The notes: generated by a model not told the origin, from the letters alone. Counted from the stretch's first letter, positions 1 to 9,039 are shown. The stretch is 20,532 nucleotides of DNA from an uncultured Actinomycetes bacterium (GCA_963767005.1 CAVYCN010000001.1:1-20532), one strand, 5' to 3'. Numbers and translations: made by a program.

Positions 1-16
1 GTGCAGGAGAAAGAGC

Positions 17-92
17 TGGTGGCGAGGGACAGAATTGAACTGTCGACACCATGATTTTCAGTCATGTGCTCTACCAACTGAGCTACCTCGCC
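17..92 (-). tRNA. tRNA-Phe (GAA)
   Basis: The reverse complement GGCGAGGTAGCTCAGTTGGTAGAGCACATGACTGAAAATCATGGTGTCGACAGTTCAATTCTGTCCCTCGCCACCA is a 76-nt cloverleaf. It has a GAA anticodon (57-59), a TTC T-loop and an encoded CCA. Confidence 0.98.
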
Positions 93-123
93 ACCGATGT
101 GAGGGCTCCGTAGAGCGGCGTCT

Positions 124-152
124 ATCGTAAAGATGCGGGCGAGGGCGGTCAA
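124..152 (-). promoter_or_regulatory. sigma70-type promoter of tRNA-Phe
   Basis: Minus strand reads TTGACC (152-147), 17-bp spacer, TACGAT (129-124), about 30 nt upstream of the tRNA. Confidence 0.75.
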
Positions 153-226
153 CCGCCAGGTCGCCGTGCCCGGGAGCGCTGGTCGGTCGGGAGCCGCTGG
201 GGGCGCTGCACGCGCCGAACGTCGCC

Positions 227-961
227 CTACGAGCGCTGGGCCGGAGGCGCCTCGTCGCCGTAGACGTCGATATCGCCCTCGGCCTGGATCTCGGCCGGGT
301 TCTCCTCGGGCAGGGCCGCGTGGATCAGGTCCTTCTCGACGCCCGGCTCGACCAGACACAGGACGTAGTCGTCGGGCAGGATCTCGCCCGCCTGCGACGG
401 CAGCAGCGCCTTGCCGTCGCGCAGGACGGCCGATAGGAGCGCGCCCGACGGCAGCTCGATCTCTTTGGCGCGGCGATGCACGAGCGGCGAGGTCTCCCCC
501 ACCTCGAGCTCGACGACCTCGATGTTCTCGCGCTTGAGCGTGAGCAGCGGCACGTACTTGTGGGCCGGCAGCTCGTGCATGATGAGTCGCAGCATGTTGG
601 TCGCCGCGCAGATCGTGGCGTCGATGCCGAGCACGTCGAAGGTCGGCTGGTTGAAGGGGTTGTTGACGCGCGCCACGACCTTGGCCACCGCGTACTTCAG
701 CCTGGCGATCTGCGAGATGATGATGTTGTCCTCGTCGTCGCCGGTCACGGCCACGACCAGGTCGGCGCGGGCGATGCCGGCCTTCTCGAGCACCCAGATC
801 TCGGTGCCGTCGCCCAGCATCATGTTGTCGCCGAGCTCCTCGAGCAGCAGGTCGTAGCGGCTCTTGCGCTGCTCGATCACGATGACCTCGTGACCCAGGT
901 GCAGCAGGCTGCGCGCGGTGTTGACCCCCACCTTGCCGCAGCCGACGATCACGATGAACAT
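227..961 (-). CDS. trkA: TrkA/KtrA-family K+ uptake regulatory subunit (RCK_N + RCK_C)
   Basis: N-terminal GCGKVG Rossmann motif, AVTGDDEDN and VARVNNP, plus a C-terminal RCK_C domain. SD GGAGG/AGGA lies upstream. Confidence 0.92.
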   Translation of the reverse strand: MFIVIVGCGKVGVNTARSLLHLGHEVIVIEQRKSRYDLLLEELGDNMMLGDGTEIWVLEKAGIARADLVVAVTGDDEDNIIISQIARLKYAVAKVVARVNNPFNQPTFDVLGIDATICAATNMLRLIMHELPAHKYVPLLTLKRENIEVVELEVGETSPLVHRRAKEIELPSGALLSAVLRDGKALLPSQAGEILPDDYVLCLVEPGVEKDLIHAALPEENPAEIQAEGDIDVYGDEAPPAQRS

Positions 962-975
962 TGTTCCTCAGCCTC

Positions 976-1383
976 CTAGAGCCGGCACGAGCGCACGGCG
1001 TCGTGCAGCAGGTCCTGAGCGTCTTTTGTGGGGCAGACCGTGCGGATGCCGGTCTGCTCGAACAGCTCGGCGCGCAGCGGGTCGAACACGCGGGCGACGC
1101 AGCAGCGCACGCCGAAGTGGTTCTGGGCGATCTGCGCCGCGACGATGTTGGTGTTGTCGCCGTCGGTCGACGTGACGAAGGCATCGGCCTCGCCGACGTT
1201 CGCCTGCCGCAGGATCTCCCAGTCGATCGCCTGGCCGATGACGAACTGGCCGGTGTAGTCGTCGCCGAGCAGGGCGAGCGACTCGGGGCTCTCGTCGATC
1301 ACACAGACGTCGTGGCCCTCGGCCACGAGCTGCAGGGCCAGGCTCGACCCGACCCGTCCGCATCCAGCGATCACGATGTACAT
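976..1383 (-). CDS. trkA: TrkA-N (RCK_N-only) NAD-binding K+ uptake regulatory protein
   Basis: GCGRVG, TDGDNTN and ARVFDP motifs in a 135-aa protein with no RCK_C domain. SD GAGGTG. Confidence 0.9.
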   Translation of the reverse strand: MYIVIAGCGRVGSSLALQLVAEGHDVCVIDESPESLALLGDDYTGQFVIGQAIDWEILRQANVGEADAFVTSTDGDNTNIVAAQIAQNHFGVRCCVARVFDPLRAELFEQTGIRTVCPTKDAQDLLHDAVRSCRL

Positions 1384-1565
1384 GCCGTCACCTCACGAAG
1401 GGCGCCCTTGGCAGGGCGCCCCGGTTGTGGCGAGCCGCACCGGGCTCACCGCCATCTTCGCGCACGTCGTGCAGCATACCGCCAACGGCTTGCCGCCGGA
1501 AACGTCGCCGCCGGCGCTCAGAGGGGCTGGGGCGGCGGCGGCGGCGCGGTCGGCGCGTCGGGCTC

Positions 1566-3791
1566 TCAGGTCGAGTCGGCCTCACCGTCGCCGACCGCCT
1601 GATCCACGCGCCCGTCGCCGACCCCCGGGACGTCGACGTGCTCGTGCGACGGTCCCTCGGCGCCCCCCGCGCCCTGCTTGGCGTCCTCGGCGTAGACGCC
1701 CTCTTGCGGCACGAGGTTGATGAGCACCTCGCAGGGTGCGTGCTGGAGCACGTAGTCGATGGTGCGCCCGAAGGCGCGCTCGTTGAAGCGCCGGCGCCGC
1801 GTCGCCCCCAGGATGATCACCTCGGAGCGGCGCTCCTTGGCCTCGTCGACGATCGCCCGTCCGGCGGCCCGGGCGGTGACCACGATCGGCGTCATCGTCA
1901 CCCCGAACTGGTCGGCGACCACGGCCGCCTGGTCGAGCACCGCCTTCGCCTTGTCGCGCTCCGCGGCCAAACGCGCGTCGAGGGGCAGGTTGAAGGGCAC
2001 CTCGATCACGTAGAGGGCGTCGACCGCCGACTGTTTCTCGGTCGCGAGCTGGCAGGCCAGCACCATCATCTCGTCGGTGATGCGCGAGCCCACGATCGGC
2101 ACGAGGAGCTGGTCGTAGTCGATGTCGGCCTGTACCGACTCGGGCAGCGGCACCGCCTTGACGGTCTGGGTGAGCGAGTAGCCCTTGCGTTTGCGGTAGA
2201 CGACGTACATCACAAGGCCGGCGCCCATCCAGCTGAAGCCCACCGCGCGGCCGTCGGCGTGGGTGAGCACCACGACGACCCAGACCGACGCGGTGCCGAG
2301 CGCGCCGATCATGGCGGTCAGCGGCAGCGTGTACTTGCCGAAGGGGATGTTGAGCGGCAGACGCCAGGGCCGCTCGGCGTCGGGCTGCTTGATGCGCAAG
2401 GTGACCACGCAGACGTGGGCGACGGTGAACGAGATCATCGCGCCGAAGGCGTAGAGGTCGGCGAGCAGGCCGATCTTGCCGGGCACGATGAGCAGCGCCG
2501 CGATCGTCCCGAACAGCGTGATCGCCACGTAGGGCGTGAAGCGCGTCGGGTGCACCCTGCTGAGCAGCGCCGGCAACTGTTTGTGACCGGCCATCGAGTA
2601 GGCCAGACGCGAGGAGCCGATGATGCCCGCGTTGGTGGCGATGATCAGGATGGTGGCCGCAAGCAAGGCGATCCACGGACCCAGGATGTAGCGCAGCCAG
2701 TTGAGGTTCTTGGGGAGGTTCTGCACCAGTCCCTGCAGGGGGTCGGCCTCGTAGGCGGTGCCCAACTGGGTGCCCCAGAGCTTGGTGACCCACTGTCCGT
2801 CGGGCTGCCGGTAGATGGCGCCCGTGGCCTTGAGCTGCTTGCCCTTCACCGCCGGCGAGATCTCCAGTGTGATCGAGTCGACGGACACGTACACCGGCTG
2901 CGCGGGGTCGCTCCTGAGCACCCAGGGGCCCGTCTTGGGATCCTTGCCGGGCGCCGCCTGTACCGCGACCGGCTGGATGATCTTCGTCGCCGGATCGACC
3001 GGCAGCACGTTGTAGTGCACCGGCATGGCCGACAGGCCGACCATCGAGATCGCAAAGTACACGCCGAGCACGGCCAGCAGTACGAAGTTGACCGAGCGCG
3101 GCACGTCGCGACCCGGGTTGGCCGACTCCTCGGCCATGTTCGAGATCGTCTCGATGCCCGTGTATGCCACGGTGCCGATCGAGATGCCGTAGATGAACTG
3201 GTGCAGCGTCGGCGCCGTGCCGAAGTGGATCTGATCGATCAGCAGTCGCGGCGACAGGAACACGAACAGACCCACGATGGCGAGCAGCGTCTGGGTGGAG
3301 AGGTCGGCGATCGCCAGGATGATGTTGAGCCGCGCGGCCTCCTTGATGCCGACGACGTTGATGATGACGACGAAGGCGATGGTCGCGATGCCGCCGATCG
3401 AGTTGTACGGCCAGGTCTTGAGGATGGGCCAGAACGTGGCCAGGTAGTTGGGCACGAAGAACGCCGAGATGGCGATCGTGATGATGTAGTCGAGCATCAG
3501 CGCCCAGCCGGCGCCGAAGCTCACGAACTCGTTGAAGGTGTGGCGCGCGAAGCTCGACGACCCGCCCGCTTCGGGAAACATCGTGGTCGCCTCGGCATAG
3601 GACCAGGCCGTGGTCACGAACAGGAGGCCCGTGAGCATGAACACGACCGGAGTGAGCCCCAGAGCCGACAGCGCCACCACGCCGAGGGCGTAGTAGATCG
3701 ACGAGCCGACGTTGCCGTAGGCCGTGCTGAACAGCGCCGGGACGCCCAGGACCTTGTGGAGGTGCCCCTCTCTCTTCTTGCGCCGCGCCAC
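1566..3791 (-). CDS. APC-superfamily (KimA/YdaO-like) transporter fused to a C-terminal universal stress protein (USP) domain
   Basis: About 12 hydrophobic segments with YGNVGSSIYY, PEAGG, LDY, YTGIE and SRLAYSM motifs. The C-terminal USP domain shows LLVPIVGS...VIILGA...FGRTIDYVLQHAPCEV. GTG start. Confidence 0.9.
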   Translation of the reverse strand: MARRKKREGHLHKVLGVPALFSTAYGNVGSSIYYALGVVALSALGLTPVVFMLTGLLFVTTAWSYAEATTMFPEAGGSSSFARHTFNEFVSFGAGWALMLDYIITIAISAFFVPNYLATFWPILKTWPYNSIGGIATIAFVVIINVVGIKEAARLNIILAIADLSTQTLLAIVGLFVFLSPRLLIDQIHFGTAPTLHQFIYGISIGTVAYTGIETISNMAEESANPGRDVPRSVNFVLLAVLGVYFAISMVGLSAMPVHYNVLPVDPATKIIQPVAVQAAPGKDPKTGPWVLRSDPAQPVYVSVDSITLEISPAVKGKQLKATGAIYRQPDGQWVTKLWGTQLGTAYEADPLQGLVQNLPKNLNWLRYILGPWIALLAATILIIATNAGIIGSSRLAYSMAGHKQLPALLSRVHPTRFTPYVAITLFGTIAALLIVPGKIGLLADLYAFGAMISFTVAHVCVVTLRIKQPDAERPWRLPLNIPFGKYTLPLTAMIGALGTASVWVVVVLTHADGRAVGFSWMGAGLVMYVVYRKRKGYSLTQTVKAVPLPESVQADIDYDQLLVPIVGSRITDEMMVLACQLATEKQSAVDALYVIEVPFNLPLDARLAAERDKAKAVLDQAAVVADQFGVTMTPIVVTARAAGRAIVDEAKERRSEVIILGATRRRRFNERAFGRTIDYVLQHAPCEVLINLVPQEGVYAEDAKQGAGGAEGPSHEHVDVPGVGDGRVDQAVGDGEADST

Positions 3792-3837
3792 TACTCGCTC
3801 ACCCCATGCCCCTCGACCACCGCCGCCGCTCGCTCAC

Positions 3838-3996
3838 CTACGCGTAGATCCAGCGCAGGATCGCCCCCCCGAGCAGCACAACGCCGGCGAGGAACTGTAC
3901 TGAGACAGGCCACAGCCCGCCCATCGCGCCCCTCACGAGGAGGGCCGCCGCGACGACCGCGAAGACCACCGCCAGGATCTGATGTGCTCTCTTCAT
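3838..3996 (-). CDS. small two-TM membrane protein (52 aa)
   Basis: MKRAHQILAVVFAVVAAALLVRGAMGGLWPVSVQFLAGVVLLGGAILRWIYA has two hydrophobic helices. It is co-oriented with, and ends 46 nt before, the transporter gene. Confidence 0.65.
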   Translation of the reverse strand: MKRAHQILAVVFAVVAAALLVRGAMGGLWPVSVQFLAGVVLLGGAILRWIYA

Positions 3997-4035
3997 ACCG
4001 ACGCCCCGCGGCGCACGCCGACGAGGCAGCTTCCT

Positions 4036-4046
4036 ACGGTAGCACA
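4036..4046 (-). promoter_or_regulatory. possible extended -10 promoter of the transporter/trkA operon
   Basis: Minus strand TGTG-C-TACCGT lies downstream of the hppA terminator. No well-spaced -35 was seen. Confidence 0.35.
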
Positions 4047-4114
4047 TCCCCGTCAAGAATCACGCCCTGGCTGATTGTCCCGCGATGATGCGGCGAGGCG
4101 GGCCGGAATGGCGC

Positions 4115-4146
4115 GGGGGCGGGCGGCCTTGCGGCCGCCCGCCCCC
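4115..4146 (-). terminator. hairpin terminator after hppA
   Basis: 14-bp perfect stem GGGGGCGGGCGGCC/GGCCGCCCGCCCCC with a GCAA loop on the minus strand, 30 nt after the stop. No U-tract. Confidence 0.7.
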
Positions 4147-4175
4147 TCCCAGGCTGGCGCTACGTCGTCGCGCGC

Positions 4176-6308
4176 CTAGTGCACGTGCACCAGGAACGGG
4201 ATCACGAGCAGGGCGACGATGTTGATGACCTTGATCATCGGGTTGATCGCCGGACCGGCAGTGTCCTTGTAGGGGTCGCCGACCGTGTCGCCGGTGACGG
4301 CCGCGGCGTGAGCGTCGGAGCCCTTGCCGCCGTACTCGCCGTCCTCGATCAGCTTCTTGGCGTTGTCCCAGGCGCCGCCGCCGCTCGTCATGGAGATCGC
4401 CAGGAACAGGCCGGTGATGATCGAGCCCATGAGCACGCCGCCCAGGACGAGGTAGGCCTTGTTCCAGAAGACCAGGGCGATGACGATCGGCGTGAGCACC
4501 GGTATCGCGGCCGGCAGCATCATCTCGCGGATCGCGGAGCGGGTGACGATGTCGACGGCCTTGCCGTACTCGGGCTTGCCGGTGCCCTCCATGATGCCCT
4601 TGATCTCGCGGAACTGGCGGCGCACCTCTTCGACCACCTTGCCGCCGGCGCGACCCACGGCCTGCATGCAGAGGCTCGCGAACAGGTACGGCAGCATGCC
4701 GCCGAGCAGCAGGCCGGCGAGCACCCACGGGTTGTTCACGCGGAACTCGTTCACGACGCCGGGGCCGAAGCCGACCTTCAGGTCGTTCGTGTAGGACACA
4801 AACAGGATGAGGGCGGCAAAGCCGGCCGAGCCGATCGCGTAGCCCTTGGTGATCGCCTTGGTCGTGTTGCCGACCGCGTCGAGCGGGTCGGTCGTGTTAC
4901 GCACCTCTTCGGGCAGGTTCGCCATCTCGGCGATGCCGCCGGCGTTGTCGGTGATCGGCCCGTAGGCGTCGATCGCCACGATGATGCCGGTCATCGAGAG
5001 CATGGCCATGACGGCCACGGCGATGCCGTACAGGCCGCCGTTGACGCCGCCGGCAGTGAGGCCGCCGGCCGCCGCGAAGCTCGCCAGGATGCCCATGGCG
5101 ATGACGATCACCGGCAGGGCAGTCGACTGCATCGACACGGCCAGGCCCTGGATGATGTTCGTGGCGTGGCCGGTGACGCTCGACTTGGCGATGCTCCTGA
5201 CGGGGTTGTAGCGGGTCGCGGTGAAGTACTCGGTGATGACCACGATGAGGGCGGTCACGACGATGCCCGTGACCGCGCACAGGAACAGGCGGCCGACGCT
5301 CGGCACGCCCGCGTCGTGGTACTTGGCCGCGCCCAGCATCCACCTGGTGATCGGGTAGAAGACGACGATGGCGATGATGGCGGCCACACCCAGACCCTTG
5401 TACAGGGCGTTCATGATGCTCGGGTTGCTGCCGCCGCCGAGGCGCACGAAGAACGTGCCGATGACGCTCGCGATGATCGAGACGCCGCCCAGCACGAGCG
5501 GGTAGGTGATGACCGCCGAGCCGACGTGCGGCCAGAACAGGTAGGCCAGCAGCATGGCCGCCACGGCGGTCACGGCGTAGGTCTCGAACAGGTCGGCCGC
5601 CATGCCGGCGCAGTCGCCCACGTTGTCGCCGACGTTGTCGGCGATCACGGCCGGGTTGCGCGGGTCGTCCTCGGGGATGCCGGCCTCGACCTTGCCGACC
5701 AGGTCGGCGCCCACGTCGGCGGCCTTGGTGTAGATGCCGCCGCCCACGCGCGCGAACACGCTGATGAGGCTGCCGCCGAAGCCGAGCCCGATCAGGGCGC
5801 GCACCGCGTGGTCGGCCCACAGGTGACTGCCGATGAAGTAGTAGGTCGTGACGCCGAGCAGCGCCAGGCCGACCACCAGCAGACCGGTCACCGAGCCGCC
5901 CCGGAAGGCGACCGTGAGCGCCGGGCCGAGGCCCTTCTTGGCGGCCTCGGCGGTGCGCACGTTCACGCGCACGCTGACCATCATGCCGATGAAGCCGGCC
6001 GCCGCCGACAGGCAGGCGCCGACCACGAAGCCGGCCGCCGTCTCCCAGCCGAGGCCCCAGCCCTGCTTGGCGCCGAGCGCCAGGCCGATGATGACGAACA
6101 CGACGAGGCCGACCATGGCGATCGTGCGGTACTGACGCCCGAGGTAAGCGCGCGCGCCCTCCTGCACGGCGCCCGAGACCTCGCGCATCTTCTCGTCGCC
6201 GGCCGGCAACGCGAGCAGCCAGCGGATCAGCAGCACGCCGTAGACCACGGCCACGACGCCGCAGACCACCGCGATCAGCACGGCGTTGTCAGAAACGAAT
6301 GAACCCAC
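4176..6308 (-). CDS. hppA: membrane-bound pyrophosphatase, K+-independent (H+-pumping) type
   Basis: [40 protein letters not shown] and [11 protein letters not shown] motifs. GNTTKA has Lys at the K+-dependence determinant position. SD AAAGGAG, GTG start. Confidence 0.97.
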   Translation of the reverse strand: MGSFVSDNAVLIAVVCGVVAVVYGVLLIRWLLALPAGDEKMREVSGAVQEGARAYLGRQYRTIAMVGLVVFVIIGLALGAKQGWGLGWETAAGFVVGACLSAAAGFIGMMVSVRVNVRTAEAAKKGLGPALTVAFRGGSVTGLLVVGLALLGVTTYYFIGSHLWADHAVRALIGLGFGGSLISVFARVGGGIYTKAADVGADLVGKVEAGIPEDDPRNPAVIADNVGDNVGDCAGMAADLFETYAVTAVAAMLLAYLFWPHVGSAVITYPLVLGGVSIIASVIGTFFVRLGGGSNPSIMNALYKGLGVAAIIAIVVFYPITRWMLGAAKYHDAGVPSVGRLFLCAVTGIVVTALIVVITEYFTATRYNPVRSIAKSSVTGHATNIIQGLAVSMQSTALPVIVIAMGILASFAAAGGLTAGGVNGGLYGIAVAVMAMLSMTGIIVAIDAYGPITDNAGGIAEMANLPEEVRNTTDPLDAVGNTTKAITKGYAIGSAGFAALILFVSYTNDLKVGFGPGVVNEFRVNNPWVLAGLLLGGMLPYLFASLCMQAVGRAGGKVVEEVRRQFREIKGIMEGTGKPEYGKAVDIVTRSAIREMMLPAAIPVLTPIVIALVFWNKAYLVLGGVLMGSIITGLFLAISMTSGGGAWDNAKKLIEDGEYGGKGSDAHAAAVTGDTVGDPYKDTAGPAINPMIKVINIVALLVIPFLVHVH

Positions 6309-6438
6309 CTCGCACGACTCCTTTCAGTCATTCGCCCCCCGCCAGCCCGAGTCGTGCCTGGCGGTGGGGCCCCTCCGGGCCGCGCGGCGAGAATCGCCGC
6401 GCGGCGTAGTCACCTCTGTCCTGGTGCGCGCCACCGGC

Positions 6439-6483
6439 GCAGGCGGCACGTACCTGCGGCAGCCGCAGGTGCGTGCCGCCTGC
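6439..6483 (-). terminator. long hairpin immediately after the mtnP stop
   Basis: 22-bp inverted repeat GCAGGCGGCACGTACCTGCGGC-A-GCCGCAGGTGCGTGCCGCCTGC with one mismatch. Confidence 0.6.
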
Positions 6484-6486
6484 CCG

Positions 6487-7356
6487 CTAGCGCAGATACT
6501 TGCCGATCAGCAGATCGAGCTTCTCTTTGGTCGCCTCCGGGATCAGCTCGGCCGGCGTGTTGATCGCGTGCTCGACGGCGTGACGGCACTGGCAATCGGC
6601 CTGCAGGTCGAGAGCCGGCACCACGCGCCGCACGATGGCCTGCGCCGTCTCGACGTTGCGGCGCACGTTCGACAGCACCTGCTCGAGGGTCACGTCCTCC
6701 TCGCCTTCGTACCATACGTCGTAGTCGGTCACCAGGGCCATCGTGGCGTAGCAGATCTCGGCCTCGCGGGCCAGCTTGGCCTCCTGCAGGTTGGTCATGC
6801 CGATCACGTCGAAGCCGAGCGACCGGTAGACGCGCGACTCGGCCCGCGTCGAGAACTGCGGGCCCTCGATGCAGACGTAAGTGCCGCCCTCGTGCACCGT
6901 GGCGCCGATCTCGCCGGCCGCGGCGACGATCGCCCCGGACACGTGCGGGCAGAACGGGTCGGCAAAGCCCATGTGGACGACCACGCCCTCGCCGAAGAAC
7001 GTGCTCGGACGTGCCTTGGTACGGTCGAAGAGCTGGTCGGGCACGACGATGTCGAGCGGCTTGAGCTCCTGGCGCAGGCTGCCGACGGCGCTCGCCGAGA
7101 CGATCTGCTCCACGCCGAGGGCCTTCATCCCCCAGATGTTGGCCCGGTAGTTGACCTCGCCCGGCAGGATGCGGTGGCCGCGGGCGTGACGCGGCAGGAA
7201 GGCGGTGGGCACGCCGCCGAGGTCGCCCACGAAGAACGAGTCGCTGGGCGCGCCAAAGGGCGTCTCGAGCCTGACCTCGCGAGCGTCCGCGAGCAGCTCG
7301 TAAAAGCCGGAGCCGCCGATGACGCCCACCTTCGCCTGTGCCTGAGCGTTGCCCAC
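6487..7356 (-). CDS. mtnP: S-methyl-5'-thioadenosine phosphorylase (MTAP)
   Basis: GVIGGSG, LPRH, NYRANIW, EGPQFSTRAES, GMTN..EAKLAREAEICY and VTDYD motifs. SD GGAGG. Confidence 0.95.
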   Translation of the reverse strand: MGNAQAQAKVGVIGGSGFYELLADAREVRLETPFGAPSDSFFVGDLGGVPTAFLPRHARGHRILPGEVNYRANIWGMKALGVEQIVSASAVGSLRQELKPLDIVVPDQLFDRTKARPSTFFGEGVVVHMGFADPFCPHVSGAIVAAAGEIGATVHEGGTYVCIEGPQFSTRAESRVYRSLGFDVIGMTNLQEAKLAREAEICYATMALVTDYDVWYEGEEDVTLEQVLSNVRRNVETAQAIVRRVVPALDLQADCQCRHAVEHAINTPAELIPEATKEKLDLLIGKYLR

Positions 7357-7396
7357 CCTGCAACCTCCGTCCTTTCTGCCCTACCGGCCAGCGGGC

Positions 7397-7402
7397 AGTA
7401 TA
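7397..7402 (-). promoter_or_regulatory. probable -10 element for mtnP
   Basis: TATACT on the minus strand in a GC-rich background, about 40 nt upstream of the start. The -35 is weak. Confidence 0.4.
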
Positions 7403-7519
7403 CAAGGGCACCTGCGCGGGCGCGAGGGCAGGCCGCGCCGGCCCCGCTCAGGAGCAGTCGAGCGGGCTGTGCGCGCCTGACCGAGCGCGCCCCCGGCGGA
7501 CGACAAGCGCCGCGCCCGA

Positions 7520-7528
7520 TGATAGCCT
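7520..7528 (+). promoter_or_regulatory. possible extended -10 promoter of the CoA-transferase operon
   Basis: TG-A-TAGCCT within the only AT-rich patch upstream of the gene. Confidence 0.4.
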
Positions 7529-7596
7529 TTTATACACGCGGGCCCGTCCGCCCGCCGCACCAGCAAGGCACGTGCGCCAGACCGGAGGAGTGAACG

Positions 7597-8292
7597 GTGC
7601 CCAAGAACAAGGTCGTGCCCATCGAAGAGGCGCTCTCGCACGTACGGAGCGGGATGAGCATCGCCGTCGGGGGCTTCATCGGTCAGGGTGACCCCCTCAC
7701 CATCATCGACCACCTGAAGACGATGGACATCGGCGACCTGACCATCTACGAGAACGACGCCGGGTACCGTGAGCGCGGCACCGTCGAGCTCGTCAAGCAA
7801 GGCAAGGTCAAGAAGATCGTGGCGAGCCACATCGGCACGACCCCCGAGATCGGCAAGGCCATGAACGAGGGCCGTCTCGAGGTCGAAGCGACGCCGCAAG
7901 GCACGCTCGCCGAGATGATGCGCTGCGGCGGCGCCGGCCTCGGCGGCTTCCTCACGCCGACCGGCATCGGCACGATCGCGCAGGAGGGCAAGCAGGTCAT
8001 CGAGCTCAACGGCCGCAAGTACATCCTGGTGCCCTCGGTGAAGTGCGACATCGCCATCGTGCGGGCTCACCGCGGCGACACCTGGGGCAACCTCATGTAC
8101 CGCGGCACCTCGCGCAACTTCAACGTGCCGGCCGCCATGTGCGCCGACTACGTCATCGCCGAGGTCGAGAACCTCTACACCATCGGCGAGCTCGATCCCG
8201 AGGCGATCCACACGAGCGGCATCTTCGTCGACGCTGTCGTGCGCGCCAACGTCGAGTACTGCACGATCCGCGAGGAGGTCTTCAATGGCTAA
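7597..8292 (+). CDS. family I CoA-transferase subunit A (AtoD/CtfA/ScoA family)
   Basis: GGF, SHIG, PQGTLAE, GGAGLGGFLTPTG, D.WGNL...RNFN and IHTSGIFVD motifs. SD GGAGGAG. Confidence 0.94.
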   Translation: MPKNKVVPIEEALSHVRSGMSIAVGGFIGQGDPLTIIDHLKTMDIGDLTIYENDAGYRERGTVELVKQGKVKKIVASHIGTTPEIGKAMNEGRLEVEATPQGTLAEMMRCGGAGLGGFLTPTGIGTIAQEGKQVIELNGRKYILVPSVKCDIAIVRAHRGDTWGNLMYRGTSRNFNVPAAMCADYVIAEVENLYTIGELDPEAIHTSGIFVDAVVRANVEYCTIREEVFNG

Positions 8293-8959
8293 CGCGAAGC
8301 AGGTCATCGCCGCCCGCGCCGGCCAAGAGCTCCGGGACGGGCAGATCATCAACCTCGGCATCGGCCTCCCGACCCTGATCGCCAACTACGTGCCCGAGGG
8401 CGTCGACGTCGTCATCCAGACCGAGAACGGCGCCATCGGTGTCGGCCCCGCGCCCGAGCCCGGCTGCGAGGACCGCGACCGCGCCAACGCCGGCAACCAG
8501 CCCATCTCGCTGATCCCGGGCGGCAGCTACTTCGACTCTGCCACCTCCTTTGCCATGATTCGCGGCGGTCACGTCGACGCGACCTTCCTCGGCACCCTGC
8601 AGGTCGACGAGAAGGGCAACATCGCGAACTGGATCGTGCCCGGCAAGATGCTGGCCGGCATGGGCGGCGCCATGGACCTGATCACCGGCGCCAAGGTCGT
8701 CTACATCGTGAGCGAGCACTGCTCGAAGGACGGCTCCTCCAAGCTCATGAAGGAGTGCACGTTCCCGCTGACGGGCGCCGAAGAGGCCGACGTCATCATC
8801 ACGGAGCGCGCTCTGCTGCGCAACTACCCGGAGCACGGCTGGGTGCTCGAGGAAGTCGCCTGCGGCTACTCGCTCGACGACATCGCGGCCTGCACCGACA
8901 TGGCCTACGCGGTGGCCGACGACGTCAAGCTCGAGGCCTACGGCGCCGACGAGAGCTGA
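8285..8959 (+). CDS. family I CoA-transferase subunit B (AtoA/CtfB/ScoB family)
   Basis: NLGIGLPT, catalytic [15 protein letters not shown] and GMGGAMDL motifs. Overlaps subunit A by 8 nt. Confidence 0.94.
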   Translation: MANAKQVIAARAGQELRDGQIINLGIGLPTLIANYVPEGVDVVIQTENGAIGVGPAPEPGCEDRDRANAGNQPISLIPGGSYFDSATSFAMIRGGHVDATFLGTLQVDEKGNIANWIVPGKMLAGMGGAMDLITGAKVVYIVSEHCSKDGSSKLMKECTFPLTGAEEADVIITERALLRNYPEHGWVLEEVACGYSLDDIAACTDMAYAVADDVKLEAYGADES

Positions 8960-8972
8960 GGCGCCGGAGACG

Positions 8973-9022
8973 ACGAGGCGGGCGGGGCGGGACCGCATGC
9001 GGTCCCGCCCCGCCCGCCTCGT
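8973..9022. terminator. bidirectional terminator-like perfect palindrome
   Basis: 50-bp perfect palindrome between convergent genes whose stops are at 8959 and 9040. Confidence 0.75.
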
Positions 9023-9039
9023 TTCGATCGCGTCGGTGC

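Noticed and set aside
1-92. tRNA-Phe as a genomic island attachment site
   Set aside because: Only 16 nt beyond the tRNA 3' end are visible, and the window has no integrase or duplicated tRNA end.
1388-1585. 65-aa Arg/Pro-rich ORF between the transporter and trkA-N
   Set aside because: Low-complexity sequence with no domain. The gap more likely holds an internal promoter (TATGCT on the minus strand at 1473-1478) and a leader hairpin.
3997-4175. c-di-AMP (ydaO) riboswitch upstream of the KimA-like operon
   Set aside because: The conserved ydaO elements are not seen, and the space is mostly taken by the hppA terminator.
1425-6302. Very long plus-strand ORFs (1425..4088, 4179..6302) and similar ones elsewhere (6286..7593, 10770..12176, 13518..14873, 15104..16237, 16192..17406)
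   Set aside because: These are antisense shadows of well-supported genes, expected at this GC content, with no recognisable motifs.
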